A stretch of 64,000 bases of DNA from Candidatus Moranbacteria bacterium GW2011_GWA2_39_41 (GTDB lineage: Bacteria; Patescibacteriota; Minisyncoccia; Moranbacterales; UBA2206), in NCBI GenBank assembly GCA_000995125.1, contig LBXA01000001.1, forward strand, positions 15,511 to 79,510, read 5' to 3'. The position numbers were made by a program, and so were the translations under genes. Under the pieces are notes generated by a model that saw nothing but the letters and a program-made list of their open reading frames with translations, was not told where the DNA came from and searched no databases. Shown here piece after piece: positions 27,856 to 37,291 of the stretch; the stretch's first letter is position 1, and each line of letters starts with the position of its first letter.

Positions 27856-27964
27856 ACCCTGTTGAATAGAATTTATTATATATGCGTTCAAACTTAAAGC
27901 TTGGTTAAATTTATACTTCAATTGCAGTTATTGTTTGTTATTATTCAACAGGGTTAACCCATCA
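27856..27964. promoter_or_regulatory. 13-bp perfect inverted repeat pair flanking the iscR 5' region, plus a gggttaaccc palindrome
   Basis: accctgttgaata (27856-27868) and tattcaacagggt (27943-27955), separated by 74 bp and immediately upstream of the iscR ATG. Confidence 0.3.
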
Positions 27965-28053
27965 AATATACTAACAAACACATATCCCACCAATTTAGTA
28001 TACATTCATATTACAAAAAAACCTGACACAAGTCAAGTCGGTCGTCAAAGAAT

Positions 28054-28176
28054 CTAGATTAATTCGGAAAGTCCATAGGATATTGTAAAAACGATAATGA
28101 TAAAAACTGAGGCTGCAATCAGAAATACAAATCTAAACATTTCATCTCCAGTTGGTTTTTTTATATCCTTTATCAT
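28054..28176 (-). CDS. Possible 40-aa single-TM micropeptide (MIKDIKKPTGDEMFRFVFLIAASVFIIIVFTISYGLSELI)
   Basis: This ORF was found by eye and is below the ORF-track size cutoff. It has a hydrophobic core but no other support. Confidence 0.15.
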   Translation of the reverse strand: MIKDIKKPTGDEMFRFVFLIAASVFIIIVFTISYGLSELI

Positions 28177-28295
28177 GTTTATTTTTTATATCAAAAACAT
28201 TACTCTTCTATTATAATATAACTATTTTTTCTGGCAAGTCCCCTATTTGACCACCCAACCACAATAAACTACAATTAGAAATATAAAATAAAACT

Positions 28296-29420
28296 ATGCG
28301 TATATCATATTCCGCTCTAGATTCTTATCAAAACTGTTCCCTGAAATACAAATTTCAGAACATTGATCATATCAAAACTCCCAAATCCAAAGAGGCGGTT
28401 TTCGGTACCACCATTCATGATACCATGAAATTAATCCACACGCCGGCTATTCTATCCCCGACGGTGGACGAAGCCTTGGAACATTTTTCCAATGCCTGGA
28501 ATCCAGCTGTTTTTGAAACTCCCGATGAAGAGCGCGTGGCTTTTTCGCAAGGCGTGAAAATCATTCAAGATTATTATCAAAAGAACAATCCAGCCAATTT
28601 CAATATTGTGGATTTGGAATCACGTTTTCAGATTGAAATCGGCGCTGGCGAAAACAAGCACATTGTTTCTGGCATCATTGACCGCATCGACAAAACAACT
28701 GACGGCTATGAAATCATCGACTACAAAACCACCAAGAAAATGCCTTCGCAAGACAAAGTGGACAATGATTTGCAGTTGTCCGTCTATTTGCAAGCTTTTC
28801 TAGCTCGCTATCCCAAAGAAATTGCCAACATTGAAAAGTTGACTGTGAGCCTCTATTATCTCAAGCATGGCGTGAAGCTTTCAGCCACTCGCACCGTTGA
28901 ACAACTCAAAAAAAGTGAAGAACTATTCTTGGATGTGATTGCGCAAATTGAAACTGGAAAATTTGAACCCAACATCACTCCCCTGTGTGATTGGTGTGGC
29001 TATCAAAACATCTGTCCGATGTGGCGACACAAATTCAAAGAATTGCGCAAAATTGACACTGCCGAAATTGATTCAGCCATCAATGAATATGTCGAGCTCA
29101 AATCCGCCATTTCCCTCACCAAAGACCGCTTGGCAGAAATCCAAGAGACAATTCTGGGCTATATGAATCAAGAAGGCGTGGAACGTGTTTTTGGCGCTCA
29201 AGGTATCATCGCCCGCTCCCTGCGCAAGACCTACAAATATGATGAAAAGAAAATTCGTGAAATTTTGGAACCGCTCGACAAATGGGAAACCGTCTTGAAA
29301 GTTGATGGCGTGGCTTTGAAGCAAATCATCGGCGTTCTACCCTTTGACGCCCGCACCGAAATTGAAAAAGCTAAAGTGGTCGACAAAGAAACTAAGACTT
29401 TGGCGGTGAAGAAGAAATAG
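28296..29420 (+). CDS. PD-(D/E)XK nuclease superfamily protein (Cas4/RecB-like) with a C-terminal Cys cluster
   Basis: IIDRIDKTTDGYEIIDYKTTKK carries the D...E.D.K nuclease motif. C-terminal CDWCGYQNICPMW resembles a Cas4-like Fe-S Cys motif. Confidence 0.65.
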   Translation: MRISYSALDSYQNCSLKYKFQNIDHIKTPKSKEAVFGTTIHDTMKLIHTPAILSPTVDEALEHFSNAWNPAVFETPDEERVAFSQGVKIIQDYYQKNNPANFNIVDLESRFQIEIGAGENKHIVSGIIDRIDKTTDGYEIIDYKTTKKMPSQDKVDNDLQLSVYLQAFLARYPKEIANIEKLTVSLYYLKHGVKLSATRTVEQLKKSEELFLDVIAQIETGKFEPNITPLCDWCGYQNICPMWRHKFKELRKIDTAEIDSAINEYVELKSAISLTKDRLAEIQETILGYMNQEGVERVFGAQGIIARSLRKTYKYDEKKIREILEPLDKWETVLKVDGVALKQIIGVLPFDARTEIEKAKVVDKETKTLAVKKK

Positions 29421-29454
29421 AAAATCCTGTAGGAGTGAAACCCCTATAAAAATA

Positions 29455-29492
29455 AACAAAAAAATCCTCACTTCTCACGAGGATTTTTTTAT
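29455..29492. terminator. Bidirectional Rho-independent terminator (aatcctc...gaggatt, with an A-tract before and a T-tract after)
   Basis: Read directly from the sequence, between convergent genes. Confidence 0.5.
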
Positions 29493-29504
29493 GTCGCGAT
29501 AAAT

Positions 29505-30197
29505 TTATCTTATAATCGTCCCCTTGGCTTTTTTACCTTCCAAGTATTTTTTCAAGTTAGGCAAATTTTTGCCATTCATGATGGCCACTTCCAAATTGTT
29601 TTCTTGCGCTTCTTTGGAAGCGATGGGATCAAACGGCGCGTTCATGCCGGGGTCCCACTTATTGCCGACCATCTTGCGAAAATCTGCCCAAGACATTGTT
29701 TCAATTTTCTTGGCATCGGGAAACTTGCGCGGATCTTTGTCGCAAACATAATCAATGTTGGAGAGATTGATAATCGTTTTGATGTTCAAATACTTCGCCA
29801 ACAGTACGGCGTCAAAATCGGTTGAGAAACCTGGGCGCCAACCAGCAGCCACCAAGATGTTTTCTTTGAAGTCATAGAAATCTTCCAAATCGTGTGGATT
29901 CTTATTGATTCTGGGATGCGCGTTTTTTCGAAAAATTGTGCGAATGAAATGCGCGTTCATTCTGGTGGCATGAATGCCAATCCAATCCTTGTCATCATCT
30001 GTAATGTTGTCCACCTTGGCCGCCGCATCAATATATTTGCGTGCCGTTTTGCCGCCACCCGTAATCAAAATAAATTTATAACCCTTCTTGATTTGCTCTT
30101 CAATCAGCGCTTTGAACTTTTTCACAAATTTCCAATCAATCTCCTCTGGCACAATAAGCGACCCACCCAACGAAATAATTACTGTTTTTTTGTCCAT
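29505..30197 (-). CDS. pyrH: Amino-acid-kinase-fold uridylate kinase, archaeal-type PyrH-like
   Basis: VIISLGGSLIVPE...ILITGGGKTARKYIDAA and CDKDPRKFPDAKKI resemble archaeal-type UMP kinases. The protein is 230 aa. Confidence 0.5.
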   Translation of the reverse strand: MDKKTVIISLGGSLIVPEEIDWKFVKKFKALIEEQIKKGYKFILITGGGKTARKYIDAAAKVDNITDDDKDWIGIHATRMNAHFIRTIFRKNAHPRINKNPHDLEDFYDFKENILVAAGWRPGFSTDFDAVLLAKYLNIKTIINLSNIDYVCDKDPRKFPDAKKIETMSWADFRKMVGNKWDPGMNAPFDPIASKEAQENNLEVAIMNGKNLPNLKKYLEGKKAKGTIIR

Positions 30198-30209
30198 AAA
30201 TTATAAAAA

Positions 30210-30629
30210 TTAATATTTACATCCCATGCTACGTGTGCGTCCCTGGGCTGTTGCCTCCCCTTCCGTTTTGAAGCAGGCTAGATTTTCTGGCTTGATTCTT
30301 TTGGCATAGGAGCAAGTCGGCGGATAATATTTATCTGAACTTTTACTGCCAACATATAGACAATTGGTCATATTTGCCGGTTGTTGTGAATTGGCCTCAG
30401 GAACGGCCTTTTGAGTAGGGGTGCTGTTGGATTCAATTATACCACCAACTGGGCTTTCCGGGCTAGTTTTGGGGCTCTCGATGGGCTTCTCGATGACCAA
30501 AGGGCTAGTCTCGAGAGATTTGCCTTGCACATAACCAAACTCAAAGGAAATTCCAGCCACCAACAAAAAACCAATAGCGATAACTATCTTATATTCATAT
30601 TGCGTCCAAAACTCCTTTATTTTGTTCAT
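30210..30629 (-). CDS. Hypothetical secreted or anchored protein, Pro/Ser-rich with C-terminal Cys
   Basis: An N-terminal TM segment is followed by a PESPVGGIIESNSTPTQ low-complexity region and C-terminal cysteines. Confidence 0.35.
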   Translation of the reverse strand: MNKIKEFWTQYEYKIVIAIGFLLVAGISFEFGYVQGKSLETSPLVIEKPIESPKTSPESPVGGIIESNSTPTQKAVPEANSQQPANMTNCLYVGSKSSDKYYPPTCSYAKRIKPENLACFKTEGEATAQGRTRSMGCKY

Positions 30630-30799
30630 TTATTTGTTCCCATTGACTACAAACCACAAACTATCAACTAAAAACTAATTGACTGTTGACATTATACCAT
30701 ATTTTGCTATAATAAATCTCGTTAGTCGAAAGCATTGTGGTGATGGACAAATGTGCCGACAAATGATTTTTAAAAAACATAATATCTTGGCAGTCCCAG

Positions 30800-30943
30800 C
30801 ACCAATTCCAACAAAGTTTTGTAATAATATTTAATTTTGTTTGTGTAGGCGCCTTCGGCTCAATCAAGATATTTCCTAAGAATTTAATAGCGAATTGGTG
30901 CGGGATGCTCATATTTGTAGCCGCTCGTACCTCGCAGACAAAT
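30800..30943. repeat. Copy B of the repeated leader element, directly upstream of rpmA
   Basis: gcgaattggtgcgggatgctcatatttgtagccgctcgtacctcgcagacaaatATG. The upstream part is also related (ttgagccgaaggcgcc, ggtgctggga). Confidence 0.5.
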
Positions 30944-31297
30944 ATGGCACATCGTAAAGCTGGTGGTTCTACCCAGCTGGGCCGAGATTCAATCTCGAAA
31001 CGGCTCGGCGTAAAAATCTTTGGAGATCAAAAAGTTCAAGCTGGCAACATCATTATCCGGCAAAGAGGTTCCAAGTGGCGACTTGGAAAAAATGTTCGTC
31101 GCGGTGAAGATGACACTCTCTATTCAGTAATTGACGGTATGGTGAAATTCACTAAAAAGAAAATCACCACCTTCACTGGCAAGCTGGAAGAAAAAAGATT
31201 TGTTTCAGTGGTGGAAGCTGTAACTATTGAAAGAAAAGTTCGAGCTCCTCGCGCCAAAACAAAGGCTGGCAAAATCAGCAACGCAAAGAAAAAATAA
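30944..31297 (+). CDS. rpmA: 50S ribosomal protein L27 with a lysine-rich C-terminal extension
   Basis: [29 protein letters not shown]...[13 protein letters not shown] is the L27 signature. The true start is the internal Met, because the upstream in-frame extension is the repeat element. Confidence 0.85.
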   Translation: MAHRKAGGSTQLGRDSISKRLGVKIFGDQKVQAGNIIIRQRGSKWRLGKNVRRGEDDTLYSVIDGMVKFTKKKITTFTGKLEEKRFVSVVEAVTIERKVRAPRAKTKAGKISNAKKK

Positions 31298-31354
31298 TTT
31301 TGTACACCCCAGTTAAATATTTCTGCCTACGGTAAAAATTTAACGGGGTAAATA

Positions 31355-31390
31355 AAAAAATCCTCTCAGTTATTTGAGAGGATTTTTTGT
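31355..31390. terminator. Bidirectional Rho-independent terminator (tcctctca...tgagagga flanked by A and T tracts)
   Basis: Read directly from the sequence, between convergent rpmA and pyrG. Confidence 0.55.
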
Positions 31391-31402
31391 TAGCATCAAG
31401 CT

Positions 31403-33049
31403 TTATTTTTTTTTCTTCTTCAAGTCTTGTCCGGCTTTGATGAACGCGTTGAAAAGTGGATGACCGCTAAGTGGACTGGTTTTTAGTTCTGGATGAAATT
31501 GGGTGGCCAAGAAGAATGGGTGCACTGCGGTTGGCAATTCAGTGATTTCCATCAATTTGCCATTTGGGGATTTGCCTGAGAAAACCAAACCAGCTTTTTC
31601 CAAGCTTTCGATATACACTGGATTGACTTCCCAACGATGTCTGTGTCGTTCAGAAATTTTTGTAGTTTCGTAGGCCTTGTTAGCTAGACTGCCTTTTTGC
31701 AAATTGGCAGGATAAGCTCCCAAGCGCATCGTGGCTCCATAGTTGCCATCTTCCAAATTCTTTTTTTGTTCTGGCATAATGTCGATGACTGGATTTTTCG
31801 TTTTGCGATCCACTTCAGTGGTATTGGCACCTTTGAGTCCCAAAACATTGCGCGAATATTCAATCACAGCCAATTGCATGCCATAACAAAGTCCAAAGAA
31901 TGGAATTTTGTTTTTACGCAAAAATTCAATTGCCAAAATCTTGCCCTCAATTCCACGTGAACCAAATCCACCGGGAATCACCACGCCGTCATAAAATTTT
32001 AAGTCTTCCAATTTATCAGGATTTTTTTCATACACCTCTGAGCTGATCCAATCGATTTCTGGCTTCACATTGTTTTGGTAGGCGGCGTGTTTCACAGCTT
32101 CAATCACACTGATGTAGGCATCTGACAAAACGAAATCGCCGGTGCCAAAATATTTTCCCACAATTCCAATTTTGGCCACACCCTTTGGATGCTTGATTTT
32201 GTCCACCAAGTTATACCACCTTTTCAAATCGGTCTTATTATATTTAAGTCCCAATTTTTTCAAAATCAAACGACTGAAATCATCGCGTTCGAAATTAATT
32301 GGCACTTCATAGATGCTGTCGATATCTGGCGCAGAGATCACATCGCGTTCTGGAATATTGCAAAACATTGCAATCTTTTCTTTGCGTCTTTGATCTAAAT
32401 ATGTTTCCGCTCGCGCAATAATGAAGTCTGGTTGGATGCCAGCGCTATTCAAAGTTCGCACAGCATATTGCGTTGGCTTGGTTTTCATTTCGCCTACCTT
32501 GGAAGGGATTGGCAGATAACTGACCATGATTGTGATTACATCATCTGGATGCTTAATTTTCATCATGCGTGCTGCTTCCAAGAAGAGAATGTTTTGATAT
32601 TCGCCCACTGTTCCGCCCACTTCAATAATAGTGATGTCAGACTTGGCCTTGTCTGAGGCTTTCTCAATGCGGTCAATCACTTCCAATGGAATGTGAGGCA
32701 CAACTTCCACACATTTGCCCTTGTACTCCAAATTTCTTTCTTTATGAATGACAGTTTCATACACGCGTCCCGTGGTCATATAATTGTCACGTGGCAATTC
32801 CACTTCCAAAAATCTTTCGTAGTTGCCCATGTCTTGGTCAGTTTCATCCCCGTCATTCAAAACAAAGACTTCACCATGTTCAGTTGGATTCATTGTGCCA
32901 GCATCAACGTTGATATACGGATCAATTTTGATTGCAGTTACAACAAATCCACGTGCTTTCAAAATAGCGCCCACCGATGAAGTTGTAATTCCTTTCCCCA
33001 CACCGCTCATTACTCCCCCAACCACGAAAATATATTTTCTGTTCTTCAT
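31403..33049 (-). CDS. pyrG: CTP synthase
   Basis: The N-terminal synthase domain reads YIFVVGGVMSGVGKGI. The GATase catalytic triad region is GLCYGMQL...HRHRWEV. Confidence 0.9.
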   Translation of the reverse strand: MKNRKYIFVVGGVMSGVGKGITTSSVGAILKARGFVVTAIKIDPYINVDAGTMNPTEHGEVFVLNDGDETDQDMGNYERFLEVELPRDNYMTTGRVYETVIHKERNLEYKGKCVEVVPHIPLEVIDRIEKASDKAKSDITIIEVGGTVGEYQNILFLEAARMMKIKHPDDVITIMVSYLPIPSKVGEMKTKPTQYAVRTLNSAGIQPDFIIARAETYLDQRRKEKIAMFCNIPERDVISAPDIDSIYEVPINFERDDFSRLILKKLGLKYNKTDLKRWYNLVDKIKHPKGVAKIGIVGKYFGTGDFVLSDAYISVIEAVKHAAYQNNVKPEIDWISSEVYEKNPDKLEDLKFYDGVVIPGGFGSRGIEGKILAIEFLRKNKIPFFGLCYGMQLAVIEYSRNVLGLKGANTTEVDRKTKNPVIDIMPEQKKNLEDGNYGATMRLGAYPANLQKGSLANKAYETTKISERHRHRWEVNPVYIESLEKAGLVFSGKSPNGKLMEITELPTAVHPFFLATQFHPELKTSPLSGHPLFNAFIKAGQDLKKKKK

Positions 33050-33079
33050 AAAATTATTTTGTATTAAAAAATTTAATTT

Positions 33080-33113
33080 TTTACAAACGAAAAAGTCGCT
33101 TCCCCTGCGACTT
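33080..33113 (-). terminator. Rho-independent terminator for rplI (agtcgc...gcgact stem with a T-tract on the minus strand)
   Basis: Read directly from the sequence. Confidence 0.45.
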
Positions 33114-33154
33114 CATATTTAATCTTTCAAAAAGTTCAAAAACTACAGGTATCT

Positions 33155-33598
33155 CTAGCTAGCACTTTCTACAAGCACTGCGATAGTTGCCTCTATTCTA
33201 TGATCTAGTTCAACTTTCACTTCGTATTCACCCAATTCTTTGATGGGACTTTCTAATATAATTGATTTTTCTGGCAGAACAATATTTTCTTTTTTCAATT
33301 CTTTCAGGATGTCTTTCACATGCACTGCGCCAAAAAGTTTGCCACACTTTTCTTTCACCAAAAGCGTGATGCTTTTGCCATCCAATTGCGCTGCCAGCTC
33401 TTGAGTTTTCTCCAAATCAATTTGCTCTTTTTCCTTTTGCTTACTTTTGATAACTTCCACTTTTTTCAAACCTGATCCTGTGGCAATTTCCGCTAATTTT
33501 TTCACAAACAAAAAATTGCGCGCATATCCTTCAGACACTTCTTTGATATCGCCTCTTTTGCCAAGGCCTTTCACATCTTGCAATAGGATTATTTTCAT
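33155..33598 (-). CDS. rplI: 50S ribosomal protein L9
   Basis: [30 protein letters not shown] is the L9 N-domain. The start is taken at the internal Met, not the longer ORF-track start. Confidence 0.75.
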   Translation of the reverse strand: MKIILLQDVKGLGKRGDIKEVSEGYARNFLFVKKLAEIATGSGLKKVEVIKSKQKEKEQIDLEKTQELAAQLDGKSITLLVKEKCGKLFGAVHVKDILKELKKENIVLPEKSIILESPIKELGEYEVKVELDHRIEATIAVLVESAS

Positions 33599-33718
33599 AT
33601 ATTTGATGTTATTGCTAACCTCTCTATTATAGCAAATTTTTGGAGTGTGGCAAATAGAAAAAATCGACCCAGAAAAGAGTCGGCTCAATCAAATTAAATC
33701 AGTATTTTTCTAAAAATC

Positions 33719-34999
33719 TTAATTAACAAGACCTCTGATAATCTTCACCGCCTTATCCATCTGTGGATCTTTTTCAGCTTTGAAATCTTCCAAAGTCAAT
33801 TCTACTTCAGTGTCAGGAGTGATGCCTTTTTCCATAATATAATCGCCATTCGGAGTTAGCCATTTGGCCACGGTTATTTTGACACTAGATTTTCCAGGTA
33901 AACCAATAAGTTCCTGCACTGAGCCCTTGCCAAAAGATTTTTTGCCAATCAACTGAACTCCGCGATTATCGCGTAAAGCACCCGCTAAAATTTCTGAAGC
34001 GCTAGCGCTTCCTTCATTGATCAAAACCACCAGTGGAATTGCGTTGAGTTTGTCGCCACCCGAGGTGTATAGATTATCTTTTTTTCCAGCACTATCCTCT
34101 TCAGACACTACTACCTTGCCTCTGGGAATAAACCGACTGGCAATTTCAATTGATGAAGTCAAGAACCCTCCTGGGTTGTTACGCAAATCCAACACAATTC
34201 CCTTGGAACCTTGAGCGATGATTTGATTCATGGCTACGTCAAATTCTTTAGAGGTCTTTTCACCAAACTGATTTATTTTTAAATAAGCAATATTGTTATC
34301 CTTGAACTCAACTTTCACGCTTTTCACTTCAATTGTGTCTCGAATGATAGTTATATCCCTAGTCTCTTGATCGCCTTTGTGAAAAACTGTCAGCTGCACT
34401 TCCGTGCCTTTCTTGCCACGAATCAAATCTACTGCCGCATCAATCGTTAAATCTGAAGTTGTTTTGTCACCAATTTTCACAATCTTGTCGCCTGACATCA
34501 ATCCTGCTTTTTGCGCCGGTGAGCCATCTAACGGTGCAATTACCGTCAAAATATCATCCTTGATGCCCAGTTCTGCTCCAATACCATCAAAACTACCCTG
34601 GATATCTTGAGCAAATTCTTTAGTTTCTTTGGGATCAAAAAAAGTTGTGTATGGATCATCCGTCGCTTTGAGCATTCCCTTGATGGCACCATAAACCAAT
34701 TTTTGTGCATCTAATGAACTTTGGTTAGCATATTTCACCTTAAGCGTGTCCCAAACTTTCCAAAAAAGCCCAAAATCAACTGTGTCTTTGCCAGTAGAAA
34801 ATTGATTGGTTACAATTGTTGAGCCGATTGGATGCTCTTGGTTCAAAATCAATTCGTCGGCAGATTTCTTGCCGTTAGTGTAGCCAAGCCAAAAAGCTCC
34901 AATTAGAAGAAATAGAATTATAAAAAAAGAAAGGTATTTTGAAAAAATATTTTTATTTTTTTTCTCTGGACTTATTTCTGGAGTTCGCTCTTCATCCAT
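33719..34999 (-). CDS. Carboxyl-terminal processing protease (S41, CtpA/Prc-like) with a PDZ domain
   Basis: The PDZ region reads GIGAELG...LDGSPAQKAGLMSGDKIVKI. The S41 catalytic Ser region is LVVLINEGSASASEILAGAL, with K in GKKSFGKGSVQ. Confidence 0.8.
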   Translation of the reverse strand: MDEERTPEISPEKKNKNIFSKYLSFFIILFLLIGAFWLGYTNGKKSADELILNQEHPIGSTIVTNQFSTGKDTVDFGLFWKVWDTLKVKYANQSSLDAQKLVYGAIKGMLKATDDPYTTFFDPKETKEFAQDIQGSFDGIGAELGIKDDILTVIAPLDGSPAQKAGLMSGDKIVKIGDKTTSDLTIDAAVDLIRGKKGTEVQLTVFHKGDQETRDITIIRDTIEVKSVKVEFKDNNIAYLKINQFGEKTSKEFDVAMNQIIAQGSKGIVLDLRNNPGGFLTSSIEIASRFIPRGKVVVSEEDSAGKKDNLYTSGGDKLNAIPLVVLINEGSASASEILAGALRDNRGVQLIGKKSFGKGSVQELIGLPGKSSVKITVAKWLTPNGDYIMEKGITPDTEVELTLEDFKAEKDPQMDKAVKIIRGLVN

Positions 35000-35024
35000 A
35001 ATCTTTTTGTATTTTTAATTTTTT

Positions 35025-35834
35025 TTAATTATGTTTAGGTATGGCCTTGCCTGAATATTTAATAAAATATTTTATGGCACTAATAATGTGAATTCGAGTC
35101 AATTTATTCGAAAGCAAAGACTGAAGTACACTTTTGCCAGCTGAACCACGACCATGATAATGAAACATTTGTGATCCGGGGAAATAGACAACCTTGAAGC
35201 CTTGCTCCCAAAATCGTCGACACCAGTCAGTGTCTTCAAAATATAAATTGAAGCGATGATCCATTTCACCAACTTTGTCCACCGCCTTGCGACTAGTCAT
35301 CAGAGATGAGCCCATAATCCAATCAACTTCACGAATACTTTGATGATCAAAATCCTTCATCAAGAATTTCTCCAAATGTTTTTTAGCAAACCACAATTTG
35401 CCCAAAGGAGTTCGACGATACACAATTGTCATGGGAGTGTAAAATCTGAAAGTTGAAGGTTGCGAAGTTTCATTGAAATTCAAAAGTTGTGGCCCGACAA
35501 GACCAGCTTCCGAATGATTTTTAATATAGTTCAAAAGATTTTCTACGGAATCTTTTTTGACAATAATGTCGCCATTCAGAATCAAAATATATTTTCCTTG
35601 CGCCACGGCCAAACCATTATTAACAGTCATACTGAATCCGACATTTGAAATTGCTAGCAAAAATTTGATTTCCGGATAATCCTCCCCCATCATCAATTCA
35701 GTTTTTTCCTGTGTCTCACTATCTGAAACAATAACTTCATAATCAGACAAGGTTACATTTTTCTTAATCGAATCAATACAAACCTTCAAAAGATCTGGAT
35801 TTTTGTAATGCGTTATGATGATGGAAAGTTCCAT
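35025..35834 (-). CDS. Glycosyltransferase family 2
   Basis: LSIIITHYKNPDLLKVCIDS fits the GT-A N-terminus. A DxD-like motif reads ILILNGDIIV. Confidence 0.75.
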   Translation of the reverse strand: MELSIIITHYKNPDLLKVCIDSIKKNVTLSDYEVIVSDSETQEKTELMMGEDYPEIKFLLAISNVGFSMTVNNGLAVAQGKYILILNGDIIVKKDSVENLLNYIKNHSEAGLVGPQLLNFNETSQPSTFRFYTPMTIVYRRTPLGKLWFAKKHLEKFLMKDFDHQSIREVDWIMGSSLMTSRKAVDKVGEMDHRFNLYFEDTDWCRRFWEQGFKVVYFPGSQMFHYHGRGSAGKSVLQSLLSNKLTRIHIISAIKYFIKYSGKAIPKHN

Positions 35835-35853
35835 TGGAAGTTGAGCTTAACAC

Positions 35854-37053
35854 TTACATTTTGGGTTTGATATCAGATTGAGCTGGCATAGTGAATATAT
35901 TTTTTGCCATATCGCGAATCTTGTCGTAATTATCTCCGATGGGTAGTAAGATGTATCCTGCCCCGTTAGCTGGTGGATTATACAAAAAGCCTTCTTCTGA
36001 ATTTTCTAGAACTCTTTGATAAATCTGTGGATTATTCATCTCCATATATAATTCATAAAATCGTTTCATTTCCCAAGCTTGCATATCGGTGCGCGTGTTG
36101 TCACCAAGATCATCCAAAATATTGTTCAATTTAGCAAAATCCGTTAGTGTTCCAGCACTCAATAATTTATTTTTAATAGCTTGAATAATCAATTGTTGTC
36201 TCTTGGCTCGCTCAAAATCACTGGATGTTACGCGTGATCGAGAAAGGCACAATGCTTGATCGCCGTTGAGTGTGACGTCACCCGCTGGCAATGAGAAATC
36301 TCCACCACATTCCAATTCTTCCTGTTTCACTTCTTTGGCAAAACATAGTGGATAAATTTTTGGATTAGCATAGTATGTTCCATTCTTCCTTTGAATTCTT
36401 TTAGTTTCTACTTCACCAGATGGCACGGTATATATAATGCCGTCACATCGTTGTTTCAACCCGCGAAATTGCATTGTTTCAGAAAATGGCGCATCCAAAT
36501 GAAAATTGATGCCACCAATATTGTCTACCAAGTTTTTAAAACCTTCAAAATTAATACTGGCTGCATAAGCTACATCAAGACCTGTCACTTCACTTAAGAT
36601 TTTCTTCATATCTTGCATCCCCTGTCCCTTGCCCTTTTGTTCACCATAAGCATGCACGGCGTTTATTTTTTGTTGAGTCTGTGTTCCGGGCACTGTGACA
36701 TACAAATCTCTTGGTACAGAAATCATCGAAGCTTTATTATCGGTCGGCCTAATACTCACCACCATAATTGTATCAGCTAAGAGACCACCACCCTCAACAC
36801 CTTCGCCACGCATACCTAAAAGCGCAATATTGACCTGCCCCTCTTTCTCACCTTTCAATTTTTCAGTCACACCTGGCAAAGAATGTATCAGGCTAGAAAA
36901 TATGCCACCATTACCATCGGAAATTTTGTTTAAAAGATTGGTTGCTTTCCAAGCAAAAACACCTCCGCCAATAGCTAGAATGGCGATAATTATCATCGAA
37001 ACCTTAACCCACTTTCTTTTGAAAAAACTAGGTTTGTAATTTGCCTCTAACAT
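35854..37053 (-). CDS. LytR-CpsA-Psr (LCP) family cell-envelope glycopolymer transferase
   Basis: An N-terminal TM helix is followed by the LCP core NIALLGMRGEG...ADTIMVVSIRP...SVPRDLYV. Confidence 0.8.
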   Translation of the reverse strand: MLEANYKPSFFKRKWVKVSMIIIAILAIGGGVFAWKATNLLNKISDGNGGIFSSLIHSLPGVTEKLKGEKEGQVNIALLGMRGEGVEGGGLLADTIMVVSIRPTDNKASMISVPRDLYVTVPGTQTQQKINAVHAYGEQKGKGQGMQDMKKILSEVTGLDVAYAASINFEGFKNLVDNIGGINFHLDAPFSETMQFRGLKQRCDGIIYTVPSGEVETKRIQRKNGTYYANPKIYPLCFAKEVKQEELECGGDFSLPAGDVTLNGDQALCLSRSRVTSSDFERAKRQQLIIQAIKNKLLSAGTLTDFAKLNNILDDLGDNTRTDMQAWEMKRFYELYMEMNNPQIYQRVLENSEEGFLYNPPANGAGYILLPIGDNYDKIRDMAKNIFTMPAQSDIKPKM

Positions 37054-37291
37054 AACTTTTTTCTTCTTAAATTAATGAATAAATTGCTCATTCATGTATG
37101 TATGAGCATAGTATATATTTTACTTTTGATTGCGCTTGATGTCAATCGACCCTAGTCAATACTCATTTTATGGTATATCTCAAGCATTTTCTGATGGTCT
37201 TCTATTATAACTATATTTATAACGCTACTTTTAACTTATTAATTAATTTTGAAAATTTTCACTCCACACCATCTCCGCAGTCTTGCATCTA

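Noticed and set aside
30905-30943. N-terminal extensions in the ORF track at rpmA (30905), rplI (33688), GT4 (39673), GT4 (42698), the small ORF at 52496 and the GT-C paralog at 60906
   Set aside because: The conserved protein N-termini begin at internal Met codons. The extensions read through the intergenic repeat element or overlap the preceding gene or a promoter, so shorter starts were adopted.
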